The notes under the pieces are model-generated. The model did no database searches and was not told where the DNA came from. It saw nothing but the letters and a program-made list of their open reading frames with translations. DNA of 63,759 bases, counting the filler, from Octopus bimaculoides (taxonomy: Eukaryota): assembly GCF_001194135.2 (NCBI RefSeq). It is 5 parts of 5 records of this genome, joined end to end, with 100 filler letters (N's around TTAATTAATTAA, not from the genome) between each part and the next. Parts side by side here need not be neighbours in the genome. Positions count along the whole stretch, not along the records: positions 1 to 19,437 come from NC_068985.1; 4 more parts are not named here. The stretch is one strand, 5' to 3'. Shown one piece after another: positions 1 through 14,316 of the stretch. The translations under genes and the position numbers were made by a program. Every line of letters begins with the position of its first letter. Position 1 is the stretch's first letter.

Positions 1-879
1 CACACATGCATACATGCATACATATACATACGTATATATGAAGGTGGGCTAAACTTTACACAGGCTGACTAATGAATGAATGATGCTAAAGCTTCGAAAT
101 TTTTCATGCATTAATCTCAGCTCTCCTTATTAATAACTGCGTTGTCTATTTCTAGGTAAACTGTCATTTCGTTGTTCAAAGAAAACTGCAAATATAACTA
201 GCCGAAGTCGACTTTACTTTGCATTCTTCCGGGATCGATAAAAGAAGTACCAATTGAACACAGGTCGGTTAAATCAACGAATCCTCACCCCCGAATTTGC
301 AGGCCTTGTGCCAAAATTTGAAACCAATATTTTGTTATATTTAATTGGAACAATCGTAAAGTCTTTGTCGCTGCGACAATAAAATAAAATTTTAAGCTCG
401 TTTTCAGATTCTAGAAAACAATTTAGCATCATCGGTACATAAGAGCATTTTTCAAGTTTAATTCCAATTTTCTATGTCTTTAATATTGATTAGAAAGTAA
501 AATAAAACCGAGTAAACCACATTATGGATCCTCGGTGGTAATGAAAAATGTATACGAAAAACGTTGTTTGTACAAATTGGGATCAATTTTTTAAATAATC
601 ATTTTTGTAAAACACTATATACTGTAGTAGGCTAGCAATATCGAGATAAATCTAATTCTTGTTTATTATGTAAAAGTTTCGACTCTTCATTAAAAATTGA
701 CTTTCCGTCTCTTAGATAAGAATTCCAATTGTAAAACGGATATAATGTTAAGTGTTCCTGAAAATAATATCAATTTGTCTTCAGTTATCGTATCCATAAC
801 ACAAAGTAATGGGATTAGGATATCTGTTTGGGAATTTGTTATGTCTCAACGCTACTGCTATCTAACACCTTCGAATGAT

Positions 880-945
880 CTCTACTCAACCGCTACACAA
901 CTGCTACTCGACTGCTACTCAACAGCTACTCGACTGCTAGTCAAC
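880..945. repeat. 11-bp minisatellite x6 (consensus TGCTACTCAAC)
   Basis: ctctactcaac cgctacacaac tgctactcgac tgctactcaac agctactcgac tgctagtcaac. Confidence 0.85.
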
Positions 946-3900
946 ACTCTTACCACGGCCAGACTACCTCTATTTATATGTCTTGGGAGATCCTACTTCT
1001 TCGCCTGGGGGCGTCGACACAACAGACTTAAAAAAAAAGAGAGATACAAATTGAAAATTTCAGACAATTTCTGACAATTTCTGAAATTTTATCTGATACA
1101 ATTTTATGAAAGATTGGGGCATTCTATCAAAGACAAAAAGTTTGATCAATAAAATGAAAATCAACAGGATTAATATATATGTCTTTTCTATTGTCTCAAA
1201 TAAAAGAAATTAAAGAAATGATTTATAAAACTTATTAAAAACTGTTGCTTTAACCAAATCAACAAGTATTAATTGATTATCATTAAAAACAGAAACATTG
1301 TTTTTCACAATGCAATGAATATTTGATGTATTTCTAAATTTGTCTTTTATTTCATTTAGGATTTGAAATATATGCTTTATAGCTAGAAATAACTAAGACT
1401 TTTAAATTTTCTAGTTACTATAGCTGCATATGACTACTTTCAATGACTATAGTCTTAGGTTTTTATTTATTCTTTTATGTGCAATTATTTTCGGTCTTCT
1501 ACGATTCTCGAGTAACGAAATATTGCGTTATATAGATCGAAAGCCATAAAATGGGCCAAATTCCATTAAACAAAAATATATTAGCTTGTGAATGGTTGTG
1601 CCGCATTCAAAAATTGATGACCAATCGATTTGGTCAGGGTAATTAAATACATATTGATACTTATCTACTTGTGTTGTGTTATCATTATCCTTATTAAAAA
1701 TTAAAAAACTTCGTTGTCTCTTTAATCTGAAAAATAGCCTGAAATTTAAAAAAGGGTTTTCCATTCTGTTGTTTGGTATCAAGTCAGGTGAATTTAAAAA
1801 GACTAATTCTAAAATACTTCCACAGTTATACGCTGGAAATATAACATAATTCTAAAGAAATTTCGACTGCGTAATTATAAAGAGTGTTTTGAGTAATTGC
1901 ATGATTAAATATAGAATTGTCCCATTTAACACTTCAGTCATGATTATGGGTTATATGCAATTTAAAAATTAATTAATTTTCACTTTAATGGAATCTCTTG
2001 ACCCATCATAATTACTATAACCGCAGTGATAGAGTCCTAGTTGCAGAAAAGAATTCTCTCTTCTTTTTCTTGTTATTGCTTTTTCTTGTTTGTTTTGATT
2101 AAAATAAAATGGAGATTGATTTTTTTTAATTTGTTGCTTTAGTTAATTTACATACAGAAATATACTGGTTGGTCAGAAATATTGATAATATAAATCTTGG
2201 ATAAATTCCACTTTTACCAGTTCAGAATTAATCATCATAACAAATCAAATTTTGAGTAAGAGCTATAGTTCTCAAACATCCGAATACCGGTCCCCGTTAT
2301 TAAAAAAAAAAGAGTGATTTATTTTTTTATTTTCCTTATTCGTTATTGACGAACGGACAACAATATTACAATCATAACAATGTGATGTTGTACAATTCAT
2401 AGCAAGTTAAAAAACCTTTTTATAATTTTTCCGCCTTGTTTACACCCCTCGAAAATATTTCCGAGAGAGCTGTCTGCTTTTATAAAGCTCTATGGATTTA
2501 AAAAATACTAGAAAAATATTAACCTATATCAGAAATCAGAACAACTAAATTTCAGTTATGAGTATTATATTTTTGTTTGGAAATTAATCAATAAGCTATT
2601 ATTTACCATAATTTTAGTGTTAAAATTAAAATATTTTAAATAAAAAGCGTTCTTTCATTCTTTAGTCTCATCCCTTGACTTTCGAGATGTGATCTTATAA
2701 AGATCGGTTTTGTCTTTCATCTCAAATCCGTAGACGTGATGAACCATTCTTTTATGTATCATTTTCTCTTTTTTTTAAAGATGAAGCCTGTTGTTAAAGC
2801 GGGATTTGGCTGCTAATTGTTGCAAGTCAAGCAACCATCTAGAGATGTTTTATCTTGTATGCAACTTTTATTGTTGTTAATGCTTCTAGTTGAAGCATTA
2901 ACAACCATAAAAAACCCACTGTAATTAAAGTCATTTCAGACAGACTCGATCAATCTTTTACATATCAGGAACTATGTTTTCCAGAATGTCTTTCCTTTTT
3001 TAACAGACTTATTTATGATTTAGAGATATTTGGCAGTGCTTCTTGTAAAACCGAGAGAGTATATGGACCTCATTGTCATACAACTCTAATTCATGAAGAA
3101 GATGAAGTATTTTTGAAGTTTTAGGAGAAGAGCACAGAGGAGAAAATTTTCAGAGATGCGGGAATAGTTTGAAATTTGTTTATAGTATAAATTTTATACC
3201 AATATTCCGGACCCCCATCGGTTTGGTCAGTAAATAATATACAACCATGTCACTACACAACATGACCTTCTGTTTAGACAAAGGAAATCAATACAATTTC
3301 CGTCTGGCTTTCCGAGATTCGTATCGTATATGTCAGCACTATTTAACATCTGTCATTGTTTGCCCACAGCTGCTGTCAAAGCGGTCCTCCAATTGGGGCT
3401 GTTGCATTAACAACATAAAAGAAACAAGCAAACAAATAATAAAAAGTGAGTGAATCGTGTGCTGCAGTTGACATATTAACCTAATGATTAATCTTAGTAA
3501 CTTATGACTAATCTGATTAACTTGTGAACCATTCTACTTCACTGAGATAAGGGGATCCAATAGTAACTTCTGGTAACGAGTATAAACGAGCAATAATTAG
3601 TGGAGTAGCTGTGTGTGTGTGTGTCTGTGTGTAGGGAAATTGAAGGACTTCATCAAATGTTCAACAATCTACAAAGAGAAATCTTTTAAGCTTGATTATT
3701 AATGAAAAAAATATATATAAATATGTTCATAAGCTCAAAGGCCGATTATAGATGTATACATACAAACATAGACGCACAAAAACAGAGTGAGGTACATCCT
3801 GGACGTATAAATATATGCAAATAGATAAACAGAATTACAAAAAGAAACCGTCAAATATTGTTTGTGTAATGAAATATATGTATATATATGTATATCTATA

Positions 3901-4007
3901 TTATATATATTAGCAAGAGTCTTCTACTATATCTTCAGATCGACCAAAACCTTGTGATTGAATTAGGAAGGCACAAGCGGAAAGAAGCTCGTCAAATATA
4001 GTATATA

Positions 4008-4038
<31 letters not shown>

Positions 4039-6946
4039 NNNNNNNNNNNNNNNNNNNNNNNNNNNNNNNNNNNNNNNNNNNNNNNNNNNNNNNNNNNNNN
4101 NNNNNNNNNNNNNNNNNNNNNNNNNNNNNNNNNNNNNNNNNNNNNNNNNNNNNNNNNNNNNNNNNNNNNNNNNNNNNNNNNNNNNNNNNNNNNNNNNNNN
4201 NNNNNNNNNNNNNNNNNNNNNNNNNNNNNNNNNNNNNNNNNNNNNNNNNNNNNNNNNNNNNNNNNNNNNNNNNNNNNNNNNNNNNNNNNNNNNNNNNNNN
4301 NNNNNNNNNNNNNNNNNNNNNNNNNNNNNNNNNNNNNNNNNNNNNNNNNNNNNNNNNNNNNNNNNNNNNNNNNNNNNNNNNNNNNNNNNNNNNNTATATA
4401 TATATATATATATATATATATGCATGTGTGTGTGCGTGTGTGTGTGTATGCGCGCATGCATATGTGTGTAGGGGCGGGTATTGCTTAGCATTGATCATCA
4501 AGATCGATATATCGACCATCAAGAACACTCGGAGCTTATTTCTGACCAGGTCCGACTACAAGGGATATATTCCGGAAAGAAGCAGAGAGAAAAGTAAACC
4601 CGGAGTAGTATTGGATACTACCACTTTATTTATCGATCTCAGAACAATGAAAAGCATTGTTTATCTCAGTGGGGTTTCAATTCTAGGTACAGAAACCCAG
4701 AAAGAATTTCGCACGGCATTCTATAGAAGAAGGTAGCATGGAAGATGGTAACAAAAGAGAACGAACAGTTAATGTCAGATGGCTGAAATATAGTTAGTGG
4801 TTCAGGTCGGTCTCTCTTTTAGTTTAAAAGGCGTAAGGACGGGGACAATCAAGGACAAGATGTTTAAATGAGGCGGTGACCATCTCTTTTCCTGCAACAT
4901 CGAATGGGGTGAGTGAGTGTTGGAGAATTGATAGAATATACGAAATTCTTACATTCTCTCGATTTCCTGTAATTCAGACCGTAATATGACCCCAACAGAT
5001 AAAAGGGAAAAAGCGTTGCTTTGGGAGATAGTTAGGGACATGCGCTGGAACAGTCAATTCTGGCTCACGGGGCTTGCACTTGCGGATAGCCATCTTCATC
5101 CCGGTAGCAGCGGGCACGGATATGATCCGGGCCGAGAACCATCTTAGGTGGCTCTCTTTCTCTCACTTTCACTCTTCCTCTCTCTCTCACTCCTTCTCTC
5201 CCTCTCTCTGTATCTTTCTGTCTTTCTTACTCTGTCTTTGTCTTTCTTTCTTTCTTTGTCTCTCTTTTTCTCTTTTCTCAATCTCTTTCCACACATACAC
5301 ACACTCACACACACACATATACACACAGCCATGCATATTTGAGTCTCCTGTACTTTCATAGCCTGTTAGTATTTTATCTCAAAGAGGTACTGTACAAACC
5401 AACGAGGTCGCTCGTTGTAGTAGAAATAGCAGCAACATGACCTTCAAAGCTTATTGCCATAAAGCAAAAACAAGTTAAGAACGACAACAGCAAATTAAAC
5501 GTCCTTCTGAGTCAATTATTCGTTCGGCTATTCAGCAATCTGTGCCACACTTTACCAATCAATCCCACACAATCGATGCTGCAATTAAACATTTTATACT
5601 GTTAGCCATTGAACAAAGAGCTTCCTACATACCTACCTAGCTACCTAACTTGACAGTCAGGCAGAGAAACAAATATTTAATGTAGTGATTGATGACTGCA
5701 CTAAACGACCGATACATATATATATATCATATGTGTGTGTGTGCATATTATGACCGACAAGTTCAATGACTAATGGACTCGCCAGATGAGTCATAGATTC
5801 ATTAACTGACCGGCATGAGAGCTAATCATTCACGCGATAGACGGTGTGAAGGTTTAGTACTTTGGCTGATGAGATGAAAGTGCATTGCAAATTTCCAAAT
5901 GCTGGAGTTTATAATGTATTTTCTGCACCTGATAATTTTACCCAATAAACCAAGATTACCAATATTTATTGGTCGTTTTTAACCTATATAATTGTGTTTG
6001 AAGTAAAGAATTCTGTACGTTTATTATATTTATCTGAATATATATATATATATATATATACATGTGTGTGTGGTGTGTGTGTGTTTGTGTGTGTGTGTGT
6101 GCTGTGTCTTGCTAAGATTTGACTTTCTTAATTCGAAGATGAAAACAAAACGTTCAAACAAGAAAGGAATCGATGCATGACAGTGTAAAGGTTTTTATAT
6201 ATACACAGTGCGCCCATCGTCCGCGCAAATCTTTTGATACGGATACCAGTGAGTCTATTAGATACGNNNNNNNNNNNNNNNNNNNNNNNNNNNNNNNNNN
6301 NNNNNNNNNNNNNNNNNNNNNNNNNNNNNNNNNNNNNNNNNNNNNNNNNNNNNNNNNNNNNNNNNNNNNNNNNNNNNNNNNNNNNNNNNNNNNNNNNNNN
6401 NNNNNNNNNNNNNNNNNNNNNNNNNNNNNNNNNNNNNNNNNNNNNNNNNNNNNNNNNNNNNNNNNNNNNNNNNNNNNNNNNNNNNNNNNNNNNNNNNNNN
6501 NNNNNNNNNNNNNNNNNNNNNNNNNNNNNNNNNNNNNNNNNNNNNNNNNNNNNNNNNNNNNNNNNNNNNNNNNNNNNNNNNNNNNNNNNNNNNNNNNNNN
6601 NNNNNNNNNNNNNNNNNNNNNNNNNNNNNNNNNNNNNNNNNNNNNNNNNNNNNNNNNNNNNNNNNNNNNNNNNNNNNNNNNNNNNNNNNNNNNNNNNNNN
6701 NNNNNNNNNNNNNNNNAGATTAAATTTGTATACGCAAATTAAATCTAGCCATGGAGGAATGTAGTGGCGGACAAAAAACAAGACAGGAAAACAAACAGAA
6801 AAGGCTTTACGGCCAGACGAGAAAAATTGTGTGTATGAACGCGATGAGGCACGAACTTGAGAGGGACAAAGTGGTGCATACATACACACACACACACACA
6901 CGCACACACACACACATATATATATATATATGTATATATACATACA

Positions 6947-7199
6947 CCAGGGGGTGCTGAATGTTCCTGGCTTTGGCTTGCTCATCACCGCTCAACTCAT
7001 GGACGCAAGCAACGATTTCTTTACTACGCCAAGTCCCTCCACTCCTCTGCTGAGGTCAACTTGCAGCCATTTAAGAGAAACATTAACTAAATGTACAATT
7101 ATACCTATTGCTTTCGCAACATGTAAATCCCTTTTTCCAGATTCTCCCCAAGCACAAGGAGACTGGGGTTTTGTTGTGTTAGATTTCGACGCCCCCTGG
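6947..7199. mobile_element. Possible mariner-derived non-autonomous element
   Basis: Left end CCAGGGGGTGCTGAATGTTCCTGGCTT is mariner-TIR-like. The right end GACGCCCCCTGG is only partly complementary. Confidence 0.3.
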
Positions 7200-10100
7200 C
7201 GAAAATGGACTGGACCACTACATATAGATGGTAGTAGTAAGTGAGGTAGTTCGTGTTTGTTCTACTTCTAACAATTCAGGTCAAAGGGAGAAGGCCTCGA
7301 TATTTAAAATATGGTCAGAAGGGCCACACGAGAGCAGGATTTGGCCCTCCTTAAACAGATGACCTTCCCTCAGATTAAGGTTTCAAGGCATATACTGAGA
7401 AAAATAATCAACAACAACAACAACGACGACGTTATCAACAGCAACAACTGGGAAAACGCAATAAAATATTAGGTTGCTAGCAAAGCCTTTTCATTATAAG
7501 CAAACCTGTATTTTAAGCCATCATTGTGATTCGTAACCCGAATGTAAGGCGTACTGCCTAAACATTTCGATTGCTCCTTTTCTACGAGGAAAGATGTAGA
7601 AAGTAGATTTTGATACATTATATGGAGCAGCAGTAAAATATCGGGAAAAAATAAATAAATAAAAAAATACGACAAAAATTTCACATTTTTCACGTCAATA
7701 GAAAAATATCCTTTTATGATCAACTTACATAAAATATTATACAGAAATTATCAGAATGGAATTTCAGTAGCTTTTGAAGAAATGTTAAATGTGCACATGC
7801 AACTGAAAGTCAATAATTCGGGCAGCAGAGAAATATAGTAATGTATTCTGTGGTGCTTATAGAAACAGAAATTGTGTGGCGAATAAGGTTAAAAGGACTA
7901 AAGTCGAGTCTTCTTTTCTTTCTTTTGCGAACGAAAATTCATGACCTTCTTCGAGAATCACGTGAGACGAATTAAAAGGGTAATAGAAAGGTTTCCTGGC
8001 CTCGAATAAATTTTCTGAAAGATGGGTGAAACTGGTTGGCCAGGCGGAATTAAAGATATTATTATGTCTTTTTGTTTTGTTTTCTTTTGTATTCTCAGAC
8101 GAAGCTATTCATATGGACATTTCTGCCAGCATTCCGAAAATAGGCCACTCGATTGACTGGCATCTGATTCTTCAGTATATTCCAGAATTCTGCTTTATTA
8201 ACGTACTCTCTCATCTCTTCCTTTTCTATAACTGTCACAGTCATCTTTTCGTCACGAAGCTGGCTAATCTTGTATTACTTCTTGTAATCTTGTATTCCTG
8301 CCAGAATACGTAAACTGCTGTAGTTTTGAAGTTCTGCTATCTAGAATATATATTTCCAGATACGTGGTTGTGACCATAGATATTTTAGAACATACGTGAC
8401 AGATGCATATCATTGATATTTATTCTCTTAATAGCATAACCTCTCACTTAGTCATATGTTGCACATCGAGACTTGTCAAGCAAAATCTTTCATACGCCAT
8501 GCCATAGAAATAATATTCAACCTAGGTGTTTGAAGCCAGTTGCATACCTTTGCGTTCTGAGCTTAAATACATTCCTTCTGAGACATCTTTGCTGTTCATC
8601 TCACAAGATTGGTTAAATAAGTATCAGTAAAGTACTGAGTGTTATAAATTTTAAAAAAAACCTCTGATATCCCAGCTTTATTCAGCTCATAACATAATCA
8701 ACAAAGAGTATATTCGAAACAACAGAAACCAAACATACATTGGTAAAGGAAACTAATGCACATAACGTTAGCATAAGGAAAAATAACTAAGAAATAATCT
8801 AACACTGAGTGATCCAACCATCAGGTTTAAAGCCTTGTGCCAATGTTAGAAATCAATACTTCAGAAAAATCGAGCTGGTAATCCGGTTTTGAATTACAGC
8901 TATAGCCTTATCACTTGGCACATGTCACATTTACTGTTATAACTAATACACTTCTCAGGATTTTGTTTCTCTATAATTTATCTGCAATTGCTTCCCTGTC
9001 TAACAAATCATTATTGTTGTTCCTTACTTGTTTGTTTTTGCTTGGGATATTTAATATATCTCCACCGTCCATTGTATCAGCAGATATTTAGTACGATATT
9101 AACATATAAAAACGTCGTGTGGCATAAATATTTTAAAGGTTTGTTTTAGCTTCTGTTATTTGTAGCAGCATTTTTAAAATTGTGAATCCTGTGGATAGAA
9201 TATACATTTCAGTTTGAGACTCATCTACATTCTTGCATCGCATTGCCTCCATTAGTGTATGTGGAGTTTATATATATATATACACATACAAACCAATGTT
9301 GGCAAATATTGTCCAGTCAATAGGGAATTGCTTCGTGCGATATTATATGTGGACCATCCAGCTTGGACAGCAGATTCTTTGGTATTACCACATGTATTCG
9401 TCTGTGCTCATAGTTCGTAAACGTATTCACAATTTGTCCTTAGTTCTAAGCATTGGGTCAAGAGTTAATACAAGAATGAGTCAAGGTTAGTATGGGATTG
9501 CTTGAATAAATTGTAGCGTCAATGTATTCTTTACAGATCCAACTCTTCACAGTATACTCTGTCACTTGGACCTAATGGCATGAATCTGCTTTGGAAACCT
9601 GACTTAGCGTTTTCACCGATAAATTTTCGAACGATGTATATAGATGTCCGTCAACGCATAATTTATAGCGGTTAATTGTTTAAACAGTTGCATCTCAGTA
9701 TGAAATTTTTGTCATTGTATGACGATCAGGTATTAAAACAGAGAATAGGTGTAGTGAGTCCTCAAATGGATTCAAAAGATATAACACGATTTTTAAACTG
9801 ATTTATGCCTTTAAATTTTGCCCATAATTTTAAATTTAAGCCATTAAATTTTGCCTATAATTTCCGGCGTAAGACTTGACAGTATATTATAGATTCCATT
9901 TCAATTTCAAGTGCGGAGAGTGGTAAGCCAATGGCAGTCCATTGAGAGAACTTCAGTGTTTAATGTTCATGTTTAACCTTGAATTTATGTGTATCACAAT
10001 CTATCGTAAACTTATAATGAGACAGAAAAAAATTAATTTTTAGAAAAACAGAAGTAAATATTTTTTAAACTTTGAAAGACGTGAACCTAATTTAAAAAGC

Positions 10101-10323
10101 AATATTTCTTTTTATTACCAATGAATGTAAAGAAGACAATCAATTTCTGAAAATTACTTCGTAAACAATAACTTCCCTTCTCCACGTAATCCAGGAACTG
10201 GTGTTTTCTGCCCCGTTACGCATTATGTGAAAACTTTTAAGAATCTAAAAGCATCCATAGAACATAAGTAATATATGTTCCCAGTTTGGAGAAAATCAGT
10301 TGAAAAATACGGCCGTTATAATC

Positions 10324-10365
<42 letters not shown>

Positions 10366-12025
10366 CAGGATTAGCATTATAGATTTTATTTGATGATAGA
10401 TTAGTGACACATCTACTAATATTGATAACGAGATATCTAACGAGAGCGGGTGGATGCGTGGCGTCTTTCTTTATTTGAACTGTATCTACATCTGGTTTAT
10501 AATATCGGTATTTACTTGTATTAAGGTTCAAAGATACGTTTAGATAACTTACTAGTTTTTAATCCATATAAAAGGTAATTTTTAGATTAAANNNNNNNNN
10601 NNNNNNNNNNNNNNNNNNNNNNNNNNNNNNNNNNNNNNNNNNNNNNNNNNNNNNNNNNNNNNNNNNNNNNNNNNNNNNNNNNNNNNNNNNNNNNNNNNNN
10701 NNNNNNNNNNNNNNNNNNNNNNNNNNNNNNNNNNNNNNNNNNNNNNNNNNNNNNNNNNNNNNNNNNNNNNNNNNNNNNNNNNNNNNNNNNNNNNNNNNNN
10801 NNNNNNNNNNNNNNNNNNNNNNNNNNNNNNNNNNNNNNNNNNNNNNNNNNNNNNNNNNNNNNNNNNNNNNNNNNNNNNNNNNNNNNNNNNNNNNNNNNNN
10901 NNNNNNNNNNNNNNNNNNNNNNNNNNNNNNNNNNNNNNNNNNNNNATATATATATATATATATATATAGTCAATTTAAACATGAACAAGCAAGAAAAACA
11001 CGAGAAAACACGAAAAAAACAACGCGAGGACGTGGGATAAGTACAGTGTTATTGGACGCTCATGCATGCACGTATTATGCGTGGAAAGTTTTTTTTTTAC
11101 ATTTTCGTACAGTTCCATGCTATTATTGAGAAAATTAATGTCCTTATATCCATGTTCAACGTTTATAGACTTCCACATGCTCATTTTCAAAAACTAAAAT
11201 AGATTCGATGACTGTCATGCTTTTTGTATATTGGCCCAATCTTTGTAAAGGTTTCCACTAAAAGTGAGTATATAAATATACATATATATACACATACGTG
11301 TTTGTGTGTGTGTAATTGACTTTTAGCGTTCCTGAAACTCAGATGCTTTTAGGTTCATGAACTCCAAGTACTAATTCACGCAGTCGAATTTCTGAATGAA
11401 TATTTTTTTTTTCTAATCGTATTGAATATTTTCTCACAGCTTCTTCCCCATGTAATCAGACTCCAGTTTTCATTGAGTCACACGAACGATATTTACCACT
11501 AAATATACGTTAGAGTATCCAGATACGTTTGAAAAGAAACTACCATTTTCTTTATATAATAACTTTTAAAGAATAAAAACAAAATGATTATAAATACTTT
11601 TCAAAAACAGTAAACATATAAACAAACAATAATGGAGAATTTAAATAAAAAATAAAGATTAAATAATACAAAAATAATAAGCTAGTAGAAACAAATAAAC
11701 AACAATAAAAACATTGTAATAACACATAAACTGAATGCAGAGACGGTAAAGATTGAAAATAAGTTGCTAATTAAGTGTTAAGAGTTATTTCATGCTTGGT
11801 TAAACATTGATCCAAATTTGCTATGGCCTATCAAATCATCATTGTTTAATCTGAGATTAAAGTGATTGGAGAAGTCATCATGGATTCATTAAGCTGTACA
11901 GTAGTGTTTCGACTAGCATTCAAATATCGAGAATTTATTGTTTTAATATCTAGGTTGATTTTGTTCGATGATCTCCTATCTTCAATTAGTTTATTTATGT
12001 GAACGTATAAAAAAAATATATATAT

Positions 12026-12610
12026 AGGCGCAGGAGTGGTAAATAGCTTGCTTACCGACAACATGGTTCCGGGTTCAGTCCCACTGCGTGGCACCTTGGG
12101 CAAGTGTCTTCTACTATAACCTCAGGCCGATCAAAGCCTTGTGAGTGGATTTGGTAGACGGAAATTGAAAGAAGCTCGTCGTATATATGTATATGTATAT
12201 ATATANNNNNNNNNNNNNNNNNNNNNNNNNNNNNNNNNNNNNNNNNNNNNNNNNNNNNNNNNNNNNNNNNNNNNNNNNNNNNNNNNNNNNNNNNNNNNNN
12301 NNNNNNNNNNNNNNNNNNNNNNNNNNNNNNNNNNNNNNNNNNNNNNNNNNNNNNNNNNNNNNNNNNNNNNNNNNNNNNNNNNNNNNNNNNNNNNNNNNNN
12401 NNNNNNNNNNNNNNNNNNNNNNNNNNNNNNNNNNNNNNNNNNNNNNNNNNNNNNATATATATATGTATGTATGTATGTGTATATGTTGTGTATCTGTGTT
12501 TGTCCCCCCAACATCGCTTGACAACCGATGCTGGCGTATTTAGGTCACTGTAACATAGCGGTTCGGCAAAAAGGTCCGATAGAATAAGTACTAGGCTTAC
12601 AAAAAATAAT
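12026..12610 (+). mobile_element. SINE family A (tRNA-like head, CORE-like ACCTTGGGCAAGT, internal TA/TG microsatellite), interrupted by a gap
   Basis: B-box-like GGTTCAGTCC and shared blocks GCCTTGTGAGTGGATTTGGTAGACGGAAA and GATAGAATAAGTACTAGGCTTACAAA, repeated many times in the window. Confidence 0.9.
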
Positions 12611-12800
12611 TGTGTGTGTGAGTGTGTGTGTGTGTGTGTGTGTTTATATATACGTAATTATGTGTACATATATATGTATACCTGTGTGTATATGTACGTA
12701 TATACATATATATACGTACATTTGAATTAGGTACTTGTGTTGAAGCACCATGTCAGTCCGGTATTATCCATACTGCTCGAAGTAAGGTGAATAAAATCAA

Positions 12801-13176
12801 AAATAAGCAAGAGGGTATCAAGAAGTGATGCAGTCCGATCGTTTCAAGTGGCTCCATTTAACTGAACAATGCCATCGTTACATCAATTTAGATGCAGGGC
12901 TATCATCAGCTGCACAACTAAATGGAATTTTAATCAGTCGGACACATTGGTATAATTTTACTCAAATGCTTTATCAGAGCAAAAAGATGGAAGAAATCCA
13001 TGTTGTCGCTATTGAGTAAAATTATATAAATTTGTCGGACTGATTAAAATTCTATTTAGTTGTGCAGCTGATGATAGCCTTGTATTTAAATTGATGTAAT
13101 GTTTGCGTTGTTCAATTAAATGGAGCCGCTTGAAATGGTCGTACTGCATCACTTCTTGATAGCTTGATGCTTATTT
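12801..13176. repeat. Foldback element: about 165-bp inverted arms, 46-bp spacer
   Basis: 12801-12965 is the reverse complement of 13012-13176, with long exact blocks such as GCTATCATCAGCTGCACAACTAAAT and TATCAAGAAGTGATGCAGT. Confidence 0.9.
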
Positions 13177-13184
13177 AGATCATA

Positions 13185-13229
<45 letters not shown>

Positions 13230-13304
13230 NNNNNNNNNNNNNNNNNNNNNNNNNNNNNNNNNNNNNNNNNNNNNNNNNNNNNNNNNNNNNNNNNNNNNNN
13301 NNNN

Positions 13305-13373
<69 letters not shown>

Positions 13374-13677
13374 TTGCATATACATATATGCGCATGTATT
13401 TCATATTTATATATATATGCAAATATAAGATTCTGTGTGTATACATGTATGCGTGCGTGTTTGTATTTGTGCATGTTTTTAGGTACCCATTACATAACGG
13501 TTCAACAAACAGAATGTGTTTGATTGGTACCTACTTGAAACAAGTACTAGTCTTGTTATGATCGACTTGATACAAAAAGTAACTCGTTACAGCTACTTAT
13601 TACAAAACCATACATATATTCATACATACACATACGCCTACATACATACACATACGCCTACATACATACATACATGC

Positions 13678-13902
13678 GTAATATACTGCCTAAATATCAA
13701 TCTTGAGAAATTAGGCTTCTCAAAACTAGAAAGGAAAAAGCTAATTCGAAGACTACAGATGCAATCCATCACCGGAACTGTAAAAATCTGTAAAACTTTC
13801 CAGAAGTTTATCATTTAAATATATATGAGCATCTCTAGATATGTAACTATATGCATGAGAATACAAGCATAAAACATACAAATCAGCACATGCATGCATA
13901 CA

Positions 13903-13936
<34 letters not shown>

Positions 13937-14058
13937 AATACATACATACATACATACCTTATTGTTGATGTTGAAATTCCAATGAAGGAACATTGGAATA
14001 TGTTAAAAACCGATTCTTTCTCTATTGGCCAGAAATCTTGAAATAAACTGAATAATGA
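13678..14058 (+). mobile_element. R4/Dong-like (RLE) non-LTR retrotransposon, 5'-truncated 3' end, copy 1
   Basis: Encodes NLEKLGFSKLERKKLIRRLQMQSITGTVKICKTFQKFII* (stop 13818). The 3' UTR is shared with copy 2. Flanked by CATA repeats on both sides. Confidence 0.7.
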
Positions 14059-14316
14059 AATATATACATACATATGTGGTTTTGTGAGCAAATGCCTAAG
14101 TAACAATTTGGATGAGAAAAATAAAACAAGTTACACGAGGTACGGAGAAGATAAACAAAACAAAAAAAAAGATGTGAAACACAACGCTAAAGAATAGTTG
14201 AAATACGAAGCCAAGTAAAAGCGATGTGAGAAGTTTACAATGAAGATACTAAATGGAAGAAAAGTAAGAGATTGCATCGTTTTCGATTATACCTTCTATC
14301 AAAGAAGTGAAGAGAG

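Noticed and set aside
37-70. Mariner-TIR-like TATGAAGGTGGGCTAAACTTTACACAGGCTGAC
   Set aside because: No matching opposite end or transposase sequence nearby.
697-1074. 125-aa ORF
   Set aside because: No recognisable domain; its repetitive part comes from an 11-bp minisatellite whose period is not a multiple of three.
1528-1782. 84-aa minus-strand ORF with FGPFYGF, faintly like CACTA transposase motifs
   Set aside because: A single short motif, with no supporting flanking residues or termini.
10140-10325. Possible Tc1/maT C-terminal remnant (FKNLKASIEHK)
   Set aside because: Too decayed; no catalytic motif or TIR could be established.
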